Assembly: GCA_015490555.1 (NCBI GenBank)
Contig: WFXO01000029.1
Location: 2,024-66,023 of the forward strand
Origin: a candidate division WOR-3 bacterium
GTDB taxonomy: Bacteria > Hydrothermota > Hydrothermia > WGAB01
DNA: 64,000 nt
Reading direction: 5' to 3'
The notes under the pieces were generated by a model. The model saw nothing but the letters and a program-made list of their open reading frames with translations. It had not been told where the DNA came from and searched no databases. This document shows, in pieces, positions 28,470 through 37,332 of this stretch; position 1 is the first letter of the stretch, and each line of letters starts with the position of its first letter. Position numbers and translations under genes: made by a program.

Positions 28470-29960
28470 ATGAATGCCGATCGTCCGGTCCGCGTCCGCT
28501 TCGCCCCGTCTCCCACAGGCTACCTCCACGTAGGAGGTGCTCGAACCGCACTCTACAACTTTCTCTTCGCGCGCAAACATCACGGCAAGTTCATCTTGAG
28601 GATCGAAGATACAGACCGCAGCCGATATGTGCCGGATTCCGTAGACGATATCATGGCCAGTCTCCGATGGCTGGGCATCACATGGGACGAAGGTCCTGAT
28701 GTCGGCGGCCCCTATGGCCCCTACGTCCAGTCTCAGCGGGTGGAATTGTATCGGCAGTATACCCACCAATTGGTAGAACAGGGCCACGCCTATTACTGCT
28801 TCTGCTCCGAAGAACGGCTCCAGAGCCTCCGAGAGATGCAGCGTCGTCTCAAACTCCGGACCGGCTATGATCGGAAATGCCGGAACCTCAGCCCCGAGGA
28901 GGTCCAGAAAAATCTCGATCAGCAGGTACCGTATGTCATCCGCCTCAAGGTCCCTCTGGAGGGGTCGACCACGTTCCACGATCTCCTCCGAGGAGACATC
29001 ACCTACCCGAACAGCGAACTGGAAGACATCATTCTGTTGAAGTCGGACGGCTTCCCTACGTATCACCTGGCCAATGTCGTGGACGACCACCTGATGGAGA
29101 TCAGCCATGTACTTCGGGCCGATGAATGGATCCCCTCCACACCGTATCACCAACTCTTGTATCAGGCCTTTGGCTGGGATCCCCCCATCTTTGCACACCT
29201 CCCGGTGATCCTCTCCCCTGACGGCAAGGGGAAACTCTCGAAGCGTCATGGTGCCACCGCGGTCCGAGAGTTTCGTGAACAGGGATACCTCCCGGAGGCC
29301 CTGGTAAACTTCTTGGCCCTGCTGGGTTGGTCCCCGGGCAGTGACCGCGAGATCGTAAGCCTGGAAGAGATGATCGAACTCTTCGATCTGAAAAAAGTCG
29401 GGAAACGAGGGGCCGTCTTTGACTACCAAAAATTGCTTTGGATGAACGGAGAATACATCCGGAGTCTGACAGACGAGGAACTCTACCAGCGGGCGCTGCC
29501 CTATATGGAAGCCGCGGGGTTGATCCAAAATGACGCCGACCGCGAGAAGTTCCGGGCCGTGGTGCCCCTCATCAAAGAACGCATCAAAACCCTGGCCGAG
29601 GCCCCGGACCACGCGGAGTTCTTCTATCGGGAACCCGAGACGTATGATGAAAAGGGCCTTCGGAAACATCTCAAAGATCCAGGAGTCTTCCACAGGCTCC
29701 GCCTGGTGGTGGAACGCCTGCAGGCCCTGGACGACTTTACCGTAGCGTCTGTGGAGCAGGCGATTCGGGGCCTTGCGGAAGCGTTGGGGGTCGGGGCAGG
29801 CAAACTGATCCACCCCACCCGGCTGGCTGTTACCGGTCGGACGCGCGGACCGGGCCTCTTTGAGTTGATGGCGGTCCTTGGAAAAGAAACCTGCATTCGA
29901 CGCATCCAAAAATTCATCCAACGATTTGAAGGAACCGAGGTTCACTCCACGACCCCATGA
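28470..29960 (+). CDS. gltX: glutamate--tRNA ligase
   Basis: RFAPSPTGYLHVGG, LRIEDTD, PTYHLANVVDD, KLSKR. Confidence 0.97.
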   Translation: MNADRPVRVRFAPSPTGYLHVGGARTALYNFLFARKHHGKFILRIEDTDRSRYVPDSVDDIMASLRWLGITWDEGPDVGGPYGPYVQSQRVELYRQYTHQLVEQGHAYYCFCSEERLQSLREMQRRLKLRTGYDRKCRNLSPEEVQKNLDQQVPYVIRLKVPLEGSTTFHDLLRGDITYPNSELEDIILLKSDGFPTYHLANVVDDHLMEISHVLRADEWIPSTPYHQLLYQAFGWDPPIFAHLPVILSPDGKGKLSKRHGATAVREFREQGYLPEALVNFLALLGWSPGSDREIVSLEEMIELFDLKKVGKRGAVFDYQKLLWMNGEYIRSLTDEELYQRALPYMEAAGLIQNDADREKFRAVVPLIKERIKTLAEAPDHAEFFYREPETYDEKGLRKHLKDPGVFHRLRLVVERLQALDDFTVASVEQAIRGLAEALGVGAGKLIHPTRLAVTGRTRGPGLFELMAVLGKETCIRRIQKFIQRFEGTEVHSTTP

Positions 29961-30898
29961 GTTCCACCTCTACTCCCCAAAAGGAGCCCATCATCGTCGC
30001 TCGTGATCTCTATAAAACTTACGGCGATCTGGTCGCCGTGGATCACATCGATTTCAAGATTTACCCTGGTGAGTGCTTTGGCTTCCTGGGGCCACACGGG
30101 GCGGGCAAAACGACGACCATGAAGATGATCTATGGCTTCTCTCCCATTACGTCCGGACACCTTACGGTTTTTGGCCTCCCGGTCCAAAGCCACAGCCGGC
30201 AGATCCGCGCGCGACTGGGGATCTGCCCCCAGGAAGACAACCTGGATCCCGACTTCACCGTCCTGGAAAACCTTCTGGTCTATGCTCGGTACTTCGGAAT
30301 CCCCAAATCCGTCGCCTTGGACCGAGCCCTCCAACTCTTAGATTTCTTCGACCTACTCCACAAAAAGGATCAAATCATTCGGACCCTCTCCGGTGGAATG
30401 AAACGCCGCCTGCTCCTGGCCCGTGCGATGATCAATCATCCCGAAGTCCTGATCCTCGATGAACCGACCACCGGACTAGACCCTCAAGCCCGCCATGCCA
30501 TCTGGGACCGCATCCTGAGCTTCAAGGAGCAAGGGGTCACCATCCTCCTGACCACCCACTACATGGAAGAAGCCGAACGACTCTGTGATCGGTTGGTCAT
30601 CATGGACCACGGCCGAATCTTGGTCGAGGGACGCCCTCAACAACTGATCCATGACCTGGTCGGCCATGAAGTGATCGAGATCTATCCCGCGAATGGCTTT
30701 GTGGATCGGATCCGGGAACGGTTCCCGGACCTTGAAGTGGAAACCTACCACAACCGCCTGGAGATCTTTTTGCGAGAGTCCGACACCGAAGTCACCGAAT
30801 ACATCCTGGAACACCTCCAGCCCCCCAGCCTCTATGTCCGTCGGGCCACCCTGGAAGATGTCTTCTTTAAGATGACCGGTCGCCAACTTCGGGATTGA
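29957..30898 (+). CDS. ABC-2 exporter ATP-binding protein (NodI-like)
   Basis: Walker A GPHGAGKT, LSGGMKRR, ILDEPTTGLDPQARH, LTTHYMEEA. Confidence 0.93.
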   Translation: MSSTSTPQKEPIIVARDLYKTYGDLVAVDHIDFKIYPGECFGFLGPHGAGKTTTMKMIYGFSPITSGHLTVFGLPVQSHSRQIRARLGICPQEDNLDPDFTVLENLLVYARYFGIPKSVALDRALQLLDFFDLLHKKDQIIRTLSGGMKRRLLLARAMINHPEVLILDEPTTGLDPQARHAIWDRILSFKEQGVTILLTTHYMEEAERLCDRLVIMDHGRILVEGRPQQLIHDLVGHEVIEIYPANGFVDRIRERFPDLEVETYHNRLEIFLRESDTEVTEYILEHLQPPSLYVRRATLEDVFFKMTGRQLRD

Positions 30899-31686
30899 CC
30901 ATGAATTCCTTTTGGATGAAACCCGACTTGTCATGGCGGATGTGGACCGTTTGGCAACGGGATCGAGATGTCTATTGGAAAACTTTTAAGGTCAACTTTT
31001 TGCCTCCGCTCTTGGAGCCTATTCTGTATTTGTTTGCGCTGGGTTTCGGGCTGGGAGCCTTTGTGAAAGAGATCCAAGGCATCCCGTATGTCCAGTATAT
31101 CGCTCCCGCCCTGGTCGCCATTTCCATGATGTATAACGCCTTCTTCGAGTGCACGTACTCCTCTTTCGTGCGGATGTATTATCAGAAGACGTTTGACGCC
31201 ATCATCGCGACCCCGGTCTCCTTAGACGATGTGGTGATGGGCGAAATTCTCTGGGGCGCCACCAAAGCCCTGATCAATGCTACCATCGTCCTGGCTGTTG
31301 TCATGGCGTTTCGCTTGGTCACGCTTCCCCATGCCCTCCTGATCATCCCCTTTTCCTTTTTGGCTGGCCTCCTCTTCTCCGCCATCGCGATGTTCTTCAC
31401 GGCTGTGGTACCCTCGATCGATTCGTTCAACTACCCGTTTTACCTCTTTATCACGCCGATGTTCCTGTTCTCTGGAACCTTCTTCCCTATGGACGTCCTG
31501 CCCCCGATCCTCCAGAAATTTGCCTGGGCCACTCTTCCGTTGACCCATGTCGTCAGTGTCACCCGCGCGTTGGCCATGGGCACCTGGCCTGCACAGGGGT
31601 GGGCGTCGCTCTTGTGGATGGGAGGGGTGACGGTCCTGATGACCTATCTGTCCCTGGCCCTCATGCGGCGTCGGCTCATCGTGTAA
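30895..31686 (+). CDS. ABC-2 exporter permease (NodJ-like)
   Basis: LLEP.LYL...G.GLG, FE.TY..F.RM..QKTFDAI.ATP, PMFLFSGTFFP. Confidence 0.9.
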   Translation: MTMNSFWMKPDLSWRMWTVWQRDRDVYWKTFKVNFLPPLLEPILYLFALGFGLGAFVKEIQGIPYVQYIAPALVAISMMYNAFFECTYSSFVRMYYQKTFDAIIATPVSLDDVVMGEILWGATKALINATIVLAVVMAFRLVTLPHALLIIPFSFLAGLLFSAIAMFFTAVVPSIDSFNYPFYLFITPMFLFSGTFFPMDVLPPILQKFAWATLPLTHVVSVTRALAMGTWPAQGWASLLWMGGVTVLMTYLSLALMRRRLIV

Positions 31687-31734
31687 CCTTCCAGGAAACT
31701 GCCGAACTGAGATTAGAATCCCCAAAAAGAAAAG

Positions 31735-31809
31735 TCGGGGAGAGCCGATTTGAACGGCCGACCCCCTGCTCCCAAGGCAGGTGCGCTAACCGGGCTGCGC
31801 TACTCCCCG
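31735..31809 (-). tRNA. tRNA-Pro(TGG), 3' CCA not encoded
   Basis: Reverse complement CGGGGAG...CCTGC-CTTGGGA-GCAGG...GTTCAAAT...CTCCCCGA; promoter TTGACA(31853-48)-18 nt-TATATT(31829-24). Confidence 0.96.
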
Positions 31810-31927
31810 ACGTTTGCGTTTTAAATATACCCCAAACCCTCAGACCTTGTCAATCCCACGACTTGGCTCATCAAAGATCGAACGGTAGGTGGGTTGGGGT
31901 ACGTGGTTCACGGTAAAGATCTTGGGA

Positions 31928-32063
31928 ATCCCTCTTGGCCCTGACCGTCCCTTATGAGGGAAGGGGAACGATCCCTCGGGTTTGTGCATATATGGGACGC
32001 TCGGGACCCCCATCGAAATCGTACCAGGGGTTTGCCGGGGGTAGATGTTCAGGAACCAAGGAT
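31928..32063 (+). ncRNA. candidate structured RNA with 6S-like rod/bubble architecture
   Basis: By-eye folding: closing stem 31928-31949/32044-32063, internal stem GGAACGAT(31965-72)/ATCGTACC(32018-25), apical stem, and unpaired central segments. No family motif confirmed. Confidence 0.3.
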
Positions 32064-32096
32064 CCGGCCTCCGGACAGACAGATCCGTGCGAAGGG

Positions 32097-32125
32097 TTGA
32101 CTTTTCTTTTCTCAACAGATAGAAT
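32097..32125 (+). promoter_or_regulatory. sigma70 promoter for the hybrid kinase
   Basis: TTGACT(32097-102)-17 nt-TAGAAT(32120-125); GAGGA SD before ATG 32174. Confidence 0.7.
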
Positions 32126-32173
32126 TGTGAGAACCTGACTTGTCAAATTTTATTTTCTGACCCGTGAGGAACC

Positions 32174-35100
32174 ATGCCGAAACGAAAAAAACACGTTGCG
32201 TCTGTCCCCTATGAAGCCGTTGCCGAAGCCAACCCGATGGGCATCCTGCTCATCGCACCCGACGCCACGATCCGATATGTCAACAAAGCCTTTTGCAAAC
32301 TCACGGGTCTAAAGAAATCCGACCTGCTGGGCAAGCTTTTCACGATTCTCCGAGATTTTGTGGTTCCGGAAGACCGCCAAAAGGTCTGGGAATACTTCCA
32401 AAAACGTATTGCCGGCAAGAAGGTTCCAATCCAGTACCAGATCCGGGCCATTATGAAGGATGGGACTCGGAAGTGGGTTGAGGTTTCTGCGTATCCCATC
32501 GAAACACCGGAAGGTCGCCTCATCCAAGCGACCATTGCAGACATCACAGATCGTAAGAAGATCGAAGCAGAATTAGAGCGGGATCGCCACATCCAGCGCA
32601 TTTTAAACCAGATCCTTCGGCTTTCTTTAGAGGTTCCCTCTCTTTCGGAATACTTTGAATCCGTCTTGGAGATTCTGGTCCGCATTCCCTGGTTAGCCCT
32701 CGAGGAAAAGGGGGCCATCTTTTTAATCGATCCAGAGACCCAAACCCTTCGCGTAGCAGCCCACCGAAACTTCCCTATGGAACAATTACAACGGTGTCAA
32801 AACATTCCGCTGGGGAAGTGCATTTGTGGAAAGGCTGCCCAGCAAAAGAAAGTCCTCTTTGTCCCATGGGTGGATGAGAGACACGAGTTCCGCTATCCCG
32901 GGATGCCTCCCCACGGGCACTATTGTGTCCCGATCTTGTACGGAGATGAGGTCCTGGGGTTACTCAACCTTTATGTTCCGGAAGGGCACATTTATGACCT
33001 CGAGGAAGAAGCCCTCCTCACGGCAGTGGCTGCGATCTTAGCGGGGGTGATATACCGCAAACGCACCGAAGAAGCCCATCGTGAAACTGAAGAACTCTTT
33101 CGAACCTTGGCCTCCACCATCGGGGCAGGGGTTTTTGTCTACCAAGACGATCGCTTTGTCTACGTGAATAAAGCCTGTGAAGAACTGACTGGCTATACGT
33201 CTGAAGAATTGCTCCAAATGAAGTTCTGGGATGTCGTCGCTCCTGAGTATCAAGACCTTGTGCGGGAACGTGGACTGGCTCGACAACGGGGAGAACCTGT
33301 TCCCACTTCTTATGAATTCAAAATTGTGCGAAAGGACGGGACAGAGCGCTGGGTGGTTTTCACCGCTGGCCGAATCCAATGGAAAGGCCGGCCTGCCGGG
33401 GTCGGGACAGCATTTGACATTACCGACCGAAAGAGAGCAGAAGAAGCCCTCCGCGAAAGTGAAGCCCGTTTCCGTAGTATCTTTGAAAACGCGACGGTCG
33501 GGATCTATCGAACCACTCCGGATGGCCGAATCCTGCTGGCCAATCCGGCGTTGGTTCGGATGCTGGGGTATTCCACCTTTGAGGAACTCGCCCAGCGGAA
33601 TTTAGAAGAAGAGGGCTTCGAACCCCAATATCCGCGTTCCAAATTTAAAGAATTGGTGGAACGGAATGGGGTGGTCATTGGCTTGGAAACGGCCTGGAAA
33701 CGAAGAGATGGCTCGGTCATCTTTGTCCGAGAAAGTGCCCGTGCCGTCCGCGACCCTGAAACCGGGAAGGTGTTATATTACGAAGGCATTGTCGAGGATA
33801 TCACCGATTGGAAAAAAGCAGAGCAGGCGCTACAGGAACAACTGGAATTCCTTCGGTACGTCATCGATTCCCTTGACCATCCCTTTTATGTGATCAATGC
33901 AGAGACCTATGAGATTGAGCAGGCCAATCAAGTGCTCCTTCAAGGACGCCCTCTCGAACCTGGCACCACTTGTTACCGCCTGACGCATCAAAGGGATGTC
34001 CCCTGTGCAGAGTCAGGCTTCCCGTGTCCTTTAGAAGAAATCAAACGGACCAAACAACCTGTTGTAGTAGAACACACGCACTATGACGTTCATGGAAAGG
34101 AACATATTTATGAGATTCATGGACACCCAGTTTTCGATCGGGAAGGGAACGTAACCCGTGTGATCGAATTCACGATTGACATCACGCCCAGAAAGCGCCT
34201 TGAGCGGGCCTTAAGTAGTTTGGCACAAAGTTACGCCCATCTGACCGGAAAAGCGTTCCTGGATGCCGTCACACAACATATCGCCCAAGCAATGAAATTA
34301 GATGTCGTTTTTGTTGGGGAACTTTTACCAAATGGAGAGCAAATTAAGGTCCTTTCAGCCTTCGGCATGCCCATTGAAGGGAGAATTTACAACTTAGAGC
34401 ATACCCCCTGTGAAGATGTCATCAACAAACAATTGGTCGTTTACCCTGAAAGAGTCCAACATTTGTTCCCCAAAGATCCGGAACTCAAGGAATGGGGCAT
34501 CGAGGGGTACATTGGGACACCCCTCTTCGACCCAGACCACCGGCCTCTAGGAATTATGGTGGGACTTTCGAAACAGGTGATCGAGGACCCAAGGCTTCTG
34601 GAAGAGTATTTCCAAGTCTTTGTGGATCGGGTGACCGCGGAACTCCTGCGGATGAAAGCGGATGAAGCTCTCCGGGAAAGTGAAGAGCGGTTTCGTATGC
34701 TGGCAGAATCTTCGTTAACGGGGATTTACCTCATCCAGGAGGGCAAGTTTGTCTATGTCAACCAAGCCTTCGAATCTATCTTTGGATATTCCGTAGAAGA
34801 AATTATCGGGAAACTCGGGCCCTTAGATTTAACGTATCCCGAGGATCGCCCGATCGTTCAGGAGAATATTCGGAAAAGAATAGAGGGAGAAATTGACAGC
34901 ATCCGGTATGATTTTCGGGGACTGAGGAAGGATGGAACGGTCATCCACATCGAGGTGCACGGTCGACGAATTGTCTATCAGGGGAAACCGGGCATCATTG
35001 GGACACTGGTGGACATTACGGAACGGAAGCAGGCAGAGGAAGAGATTGCTCGGAGCCATCAACTCCTCATGGCTTTGAGCCAGGCTGCCCAGGAAGTCCA

Positions 35101-37120
35101 ACGTGCCCGCTCTCCGGAAGAAGTATACCAAATTGTCGGAGAACACATCCATCGCTTGGGGTATGATGCAACCATTTTTGAGTATGACGCTGAGCAACAC
35201 CTCCTTCGTGTGGCTCACCTTACATTGAGCCCAGAAGAAAAGAAAGTTTTGGAGGGGATCCTTCAGCGACCTGTGGAGGGATTTTGGATTCCCATCAAGC
35301 CGGGCAGTTTATACCACCGGATTCTCACGCTGGGTAAAACCGTGTTTATCGCGACGGATGAGATTTCAGAGGAAGGTGAACCCAAGCACCCCTCCCCGTC
35401 CTTCTACCAATGGGCAAAGCAGTTGGGATGGGAACACAACATCATTGCTCCTTTAAAGACCCAGGAAAAAACCTTGGGGTTTCTGGCGGTTTCGGGGAAA
35501 GGTTTGACGGAGGCGGATGTCAGGGTGATCTCCATCTTTGCGAACCAGGCGGCGGTTGCCTTAGAAAACGCTCGACTTTACCGTGAGACTCGAGAACTTG
35601 CAACTTTTAATCAGCGAATCATTGAAAATGTTGCCGACGGGATCGTGATTCAGGATCGAAATGGAGTCTTCACATTCGTAAACCCCTCTGCGGCGAAGAT
35701 CCTTGGCTATCAGGTACAGGAACTCATCGGGAAACACGCCATGGACGTGGTCCCCGAGGACCAACGTCCAATTTTAGAAGAGATCCAACAAAGGCGCGTG
35801 CATGGGGTTACGGACCGTTATGAATTAGATCTTTTGAAGAAGGACGGGACACGGATCCATGCCCTCATCTCGGCCACCCCGCTTTTTGACGAACAGGGCA
35901 ACTTCGTCGGGTCCCTTTCGGTGTTCACGGATATCACAGCCCTGAAAAAGGCCGAAGAAGAGCAAGAGCGGTTGCGTGAGCAACTCTTTCAGGCCCAGAA
36001 ACTTGAAGCAATTGGACGCCTGGCCGGGGGCATCGCTCACGACTTCAACAACATCCTCACGGCCATTATGGGGCACGCGGAACTGGGAATGATGAAAATC
36101 CATCCCGGCGACCCCGTGTACCTCGATCTCAAAGAGATCTTCGATGCGGCAAAACGATCTGCTGATCTTACGTCCAAACTCCTTGGTTTTGCCAGGAAAC
36201 AGACGATCCTCCCCAAAGTCCAGAACCTGAACGAAACGATTACCGGAATGTTGGGGATGCTGAGAAGATTGATTGGAGAGGACATCGAGTTAAAATGGGT
36301 CCCGGGCACAGATCTTTGGAACATCCGGATCGATCCCCAGCAAGTCAATCAAATTCTGACAAACCTCTTGGTGAACGCGAAGGACGCAGGAGCCCGGGTC
36401 GTTACCATTGAAACAGAAAACATCACCATCAAGGAACCATATCTCGAGAAGCATCCATATTTCAAGCCGGGAGACTACGTCGTGCTTTCTGTCAGCGATG
36501 ACGGCTGTGGGATGGACGAGGAGACACTCCAGCACATTTTCGAGCCCTTCTTCACGACCAAAGAGCCTGGCAAAGGGACCGGACTCGGCTTATCCACCGT
36601 CTATGGGATCGTGAAACAAAACGATGGGTTCATCCATGTGTACAGTGAACTCGGCGTTGGAACTACGTTTAAGATTTACTTCCCTCGGCATGAGGGGGAA
36701 ACAGAAGAAGGGCACGAGGAAGAGGGTCGTTTGGCGCCAGGGCATGGGGAGACCGTGCTTCTGGTCGAAGATGAGGCAAAAATTCTGAGTGTGGTGAAAG
36801 CAATGTTAGAACAACTGGGATATCGAGTTTTGACCGCCAATCGTCCCCACAAGGCACTTGAAATTGCCAGGAAACATGCGGGTCAAATCGATTTGCTCCT
36901 CACCGATGTGGTGATGCCAGAGATGAGTGGGAAGGAGTTGGCAGAACAATTAACCCAACTCTTCCCGAATTTGAAAGTTCTGTATATGTCCGGCTACACA
37001 GCCAATCACATTGCCAACCATGGGGTCCTGGATCCAGGGGTTGCGTTTGTGTCCAAGCCACTCAGAATCCAAGAATTGGCGAAAAAGGTGCGTGAAGTCT
37101 TAGACCACAAACGTTCATAA
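32174..37120 (+). CDS. soluble multi-PAS/GAF hybrid sensor histidine kinase-receiver
   Basis: About 6 PAS/PAC (DIT.RK linkers) and 3 GAF domains; H-box LAGGIAHDFNN; N/G boxes VNAKDA, DDGCGM, FEPFFTTK, GTGLGL; C-terminal REC (VEDE, DVVMP, KP). No TM seen. Confidence 0.95.
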   Translation: MPKRKKHVASVPYEAVAEANPMGILLIAPDATIRYVNKAFCKLTGLKKSDLLGKLFTILRDFVVPEDRQKVWEYFQKRIAGKKVPIQYQIRAIMKDGTRKWVEVSAYPIETPEGRLIQATIADITDRKKIEAELERDRHIQRILNQILRLSLEVPSLSEYFESVLEILVRIPWLALEEKGAIFLIDPETQTLRVAAHRNFPMEQLQRCQNIPLGKCICGKAAQQKKVLFVPWVDERHEFRYPGMPPHGHYCVPILYGDEVLGLLNLYVPEGHIYDLEEEALLTAVAAILAGVIYRKRTEEAHRETEELFRTLASTIGAGVFVYQDDRFVYVNKACEELTGYTSEELLQMKFWDVVAPEYQDLVRERGLARQRGEPVPTSYEFKIVRKDGTERWVVFTAGRIQWKGRPAGVGTAFDITDRKRAEEALRESEARFRSIFENATVGIYRTTPDGRILLANPALVRMLGYSTFEELAQRNLEEEGFEPQYPRSKFKELVERNGVVIGLETAWKRRDGSVIFVRESARAVRDPETGKVLYYEGIVEDITDWKKAEQALQEQLEFLRYVIDSLDHPFYVINAETYEIEQANQVLLQGRPLEPGTTCYRLTHQRDVPCAESGFPCPLEEIKRTKQPVVVEHTHYDVHGKEHIYEIHGHPVFDREGNVTRVIEFTIDITPRKRLERALSSLAQSYAHLTGKAFLDAVTQHIAQAMKLDVVFVGELLPNGEQIKVLSAFGMPIEGRIYNLEHTPCEDVINKQLVVYPERVQHLFPKDPELKEWGIEGYIGTPLFDPDHRPLGIMVGLSKQVIEDPRLLEEYFQVFVDRVTAELLRMKADEALRESEERFRMLAESSLTGIYLIQEGKFVYVNQAFESIFGYSVEEIIGKLGPLDLTYPEDRPIVQENIRKRIEGEIDSIRYDFRGLRKDGTVIHIEVHGRRIVYQGKPGIIGTLVDITERKQAEEEIARSHQLLMALSQAAQEVQRARSPEEVYQIVGEHIHRLGYDATIFEYDAEQHLLRVAHLTLSPEEKKVLEGILQRPVEGFWIPIKPGSLYHRILTLGKTVFIATDEISEEGEPKHPSPSFYQWAKQLGWEHNIIAPLKTQEKTLGFLAVSGKGLTEADVRVISIFANQAAVALENARLYRETRELATFNQRIIENVADGIVIQDRNGVFTFVNPSAAKILGYQVQELIGKHAMDVVPEDQRPILEEIQQRRVHGVTDRYELDLLKKDGTRIHALISATPLFDEQGNFVGSLSVFTDITALKKAEEEQERLREQLFQAQKLEAIGRLAGGIAHDFNNILTAIMGHAELGMMKIHPGDPVYLDLKEIFDAAKRSADLTSKLLGFARKQTILPKVQNLNETITGMLGMLRRLIGEDIELKWVPGTDLWNIRIDPQQVNQILTNLLVNAKDAGARVVTIETENITIKEPYLEKHPYFKPGDYVVLSVSDDGCGMDEETLQHIFEPFFTTKEPGKGTGLGLSTVYGIVKQNDGFIHVYSELGVGTTFKIYFPRHEGETEEGHEEEGRLAPGHGETVLLVEDEAKILSVVKAMLEQLGYRVLTANRPHKALEIARKHAGQIDLLLTDVVMPEMSGKELAEQLTQLFPNLKVLYMSGYTANHIANHGVLDPGVAFVSKPLRIQELAKKVREVLDHKRS

Positions 37121-37332
37121 CCTTTCCGAGGCGGGTGGAGAGGAGGAAACGCAACGGATCGAGTCCTCCTAGATTTCTATCCAGAACCGAACCCAACACG
37201 AAAAAACAACGGGGAATTTGGGCGTAAAGTATTATAGTTGGATGGGGGTCAACGTAAAGTCCTAACTTTCTAACGTCCTCTCGTAACTCCTTGTATGAGA
37301 AGTCCGTTAGGGCACCACACAGGATTTTCGAA

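Noticed and set aside
27951..29945. 664-aa minus-strand ORF
   Set aside because: Antisense shadow of gltX/metK, expected from GC-biased codon usage; no motifs.
30088..30115. Walker A variant GPHGAGKT in the ABC ATPase
   Set aside because: The His is at a variable position of GxxGxGKT and the other motifs are intact. The NodIJ-like resemblance does not imply Nod-factor export.
37121..37332. Intergenic region with repeated CGTAAAGT and TAAC motifs (dif or att site?)
   Set aside because: No match to the XerC/XerD dif consensus and no convincing palindrome; the repeats are too short.
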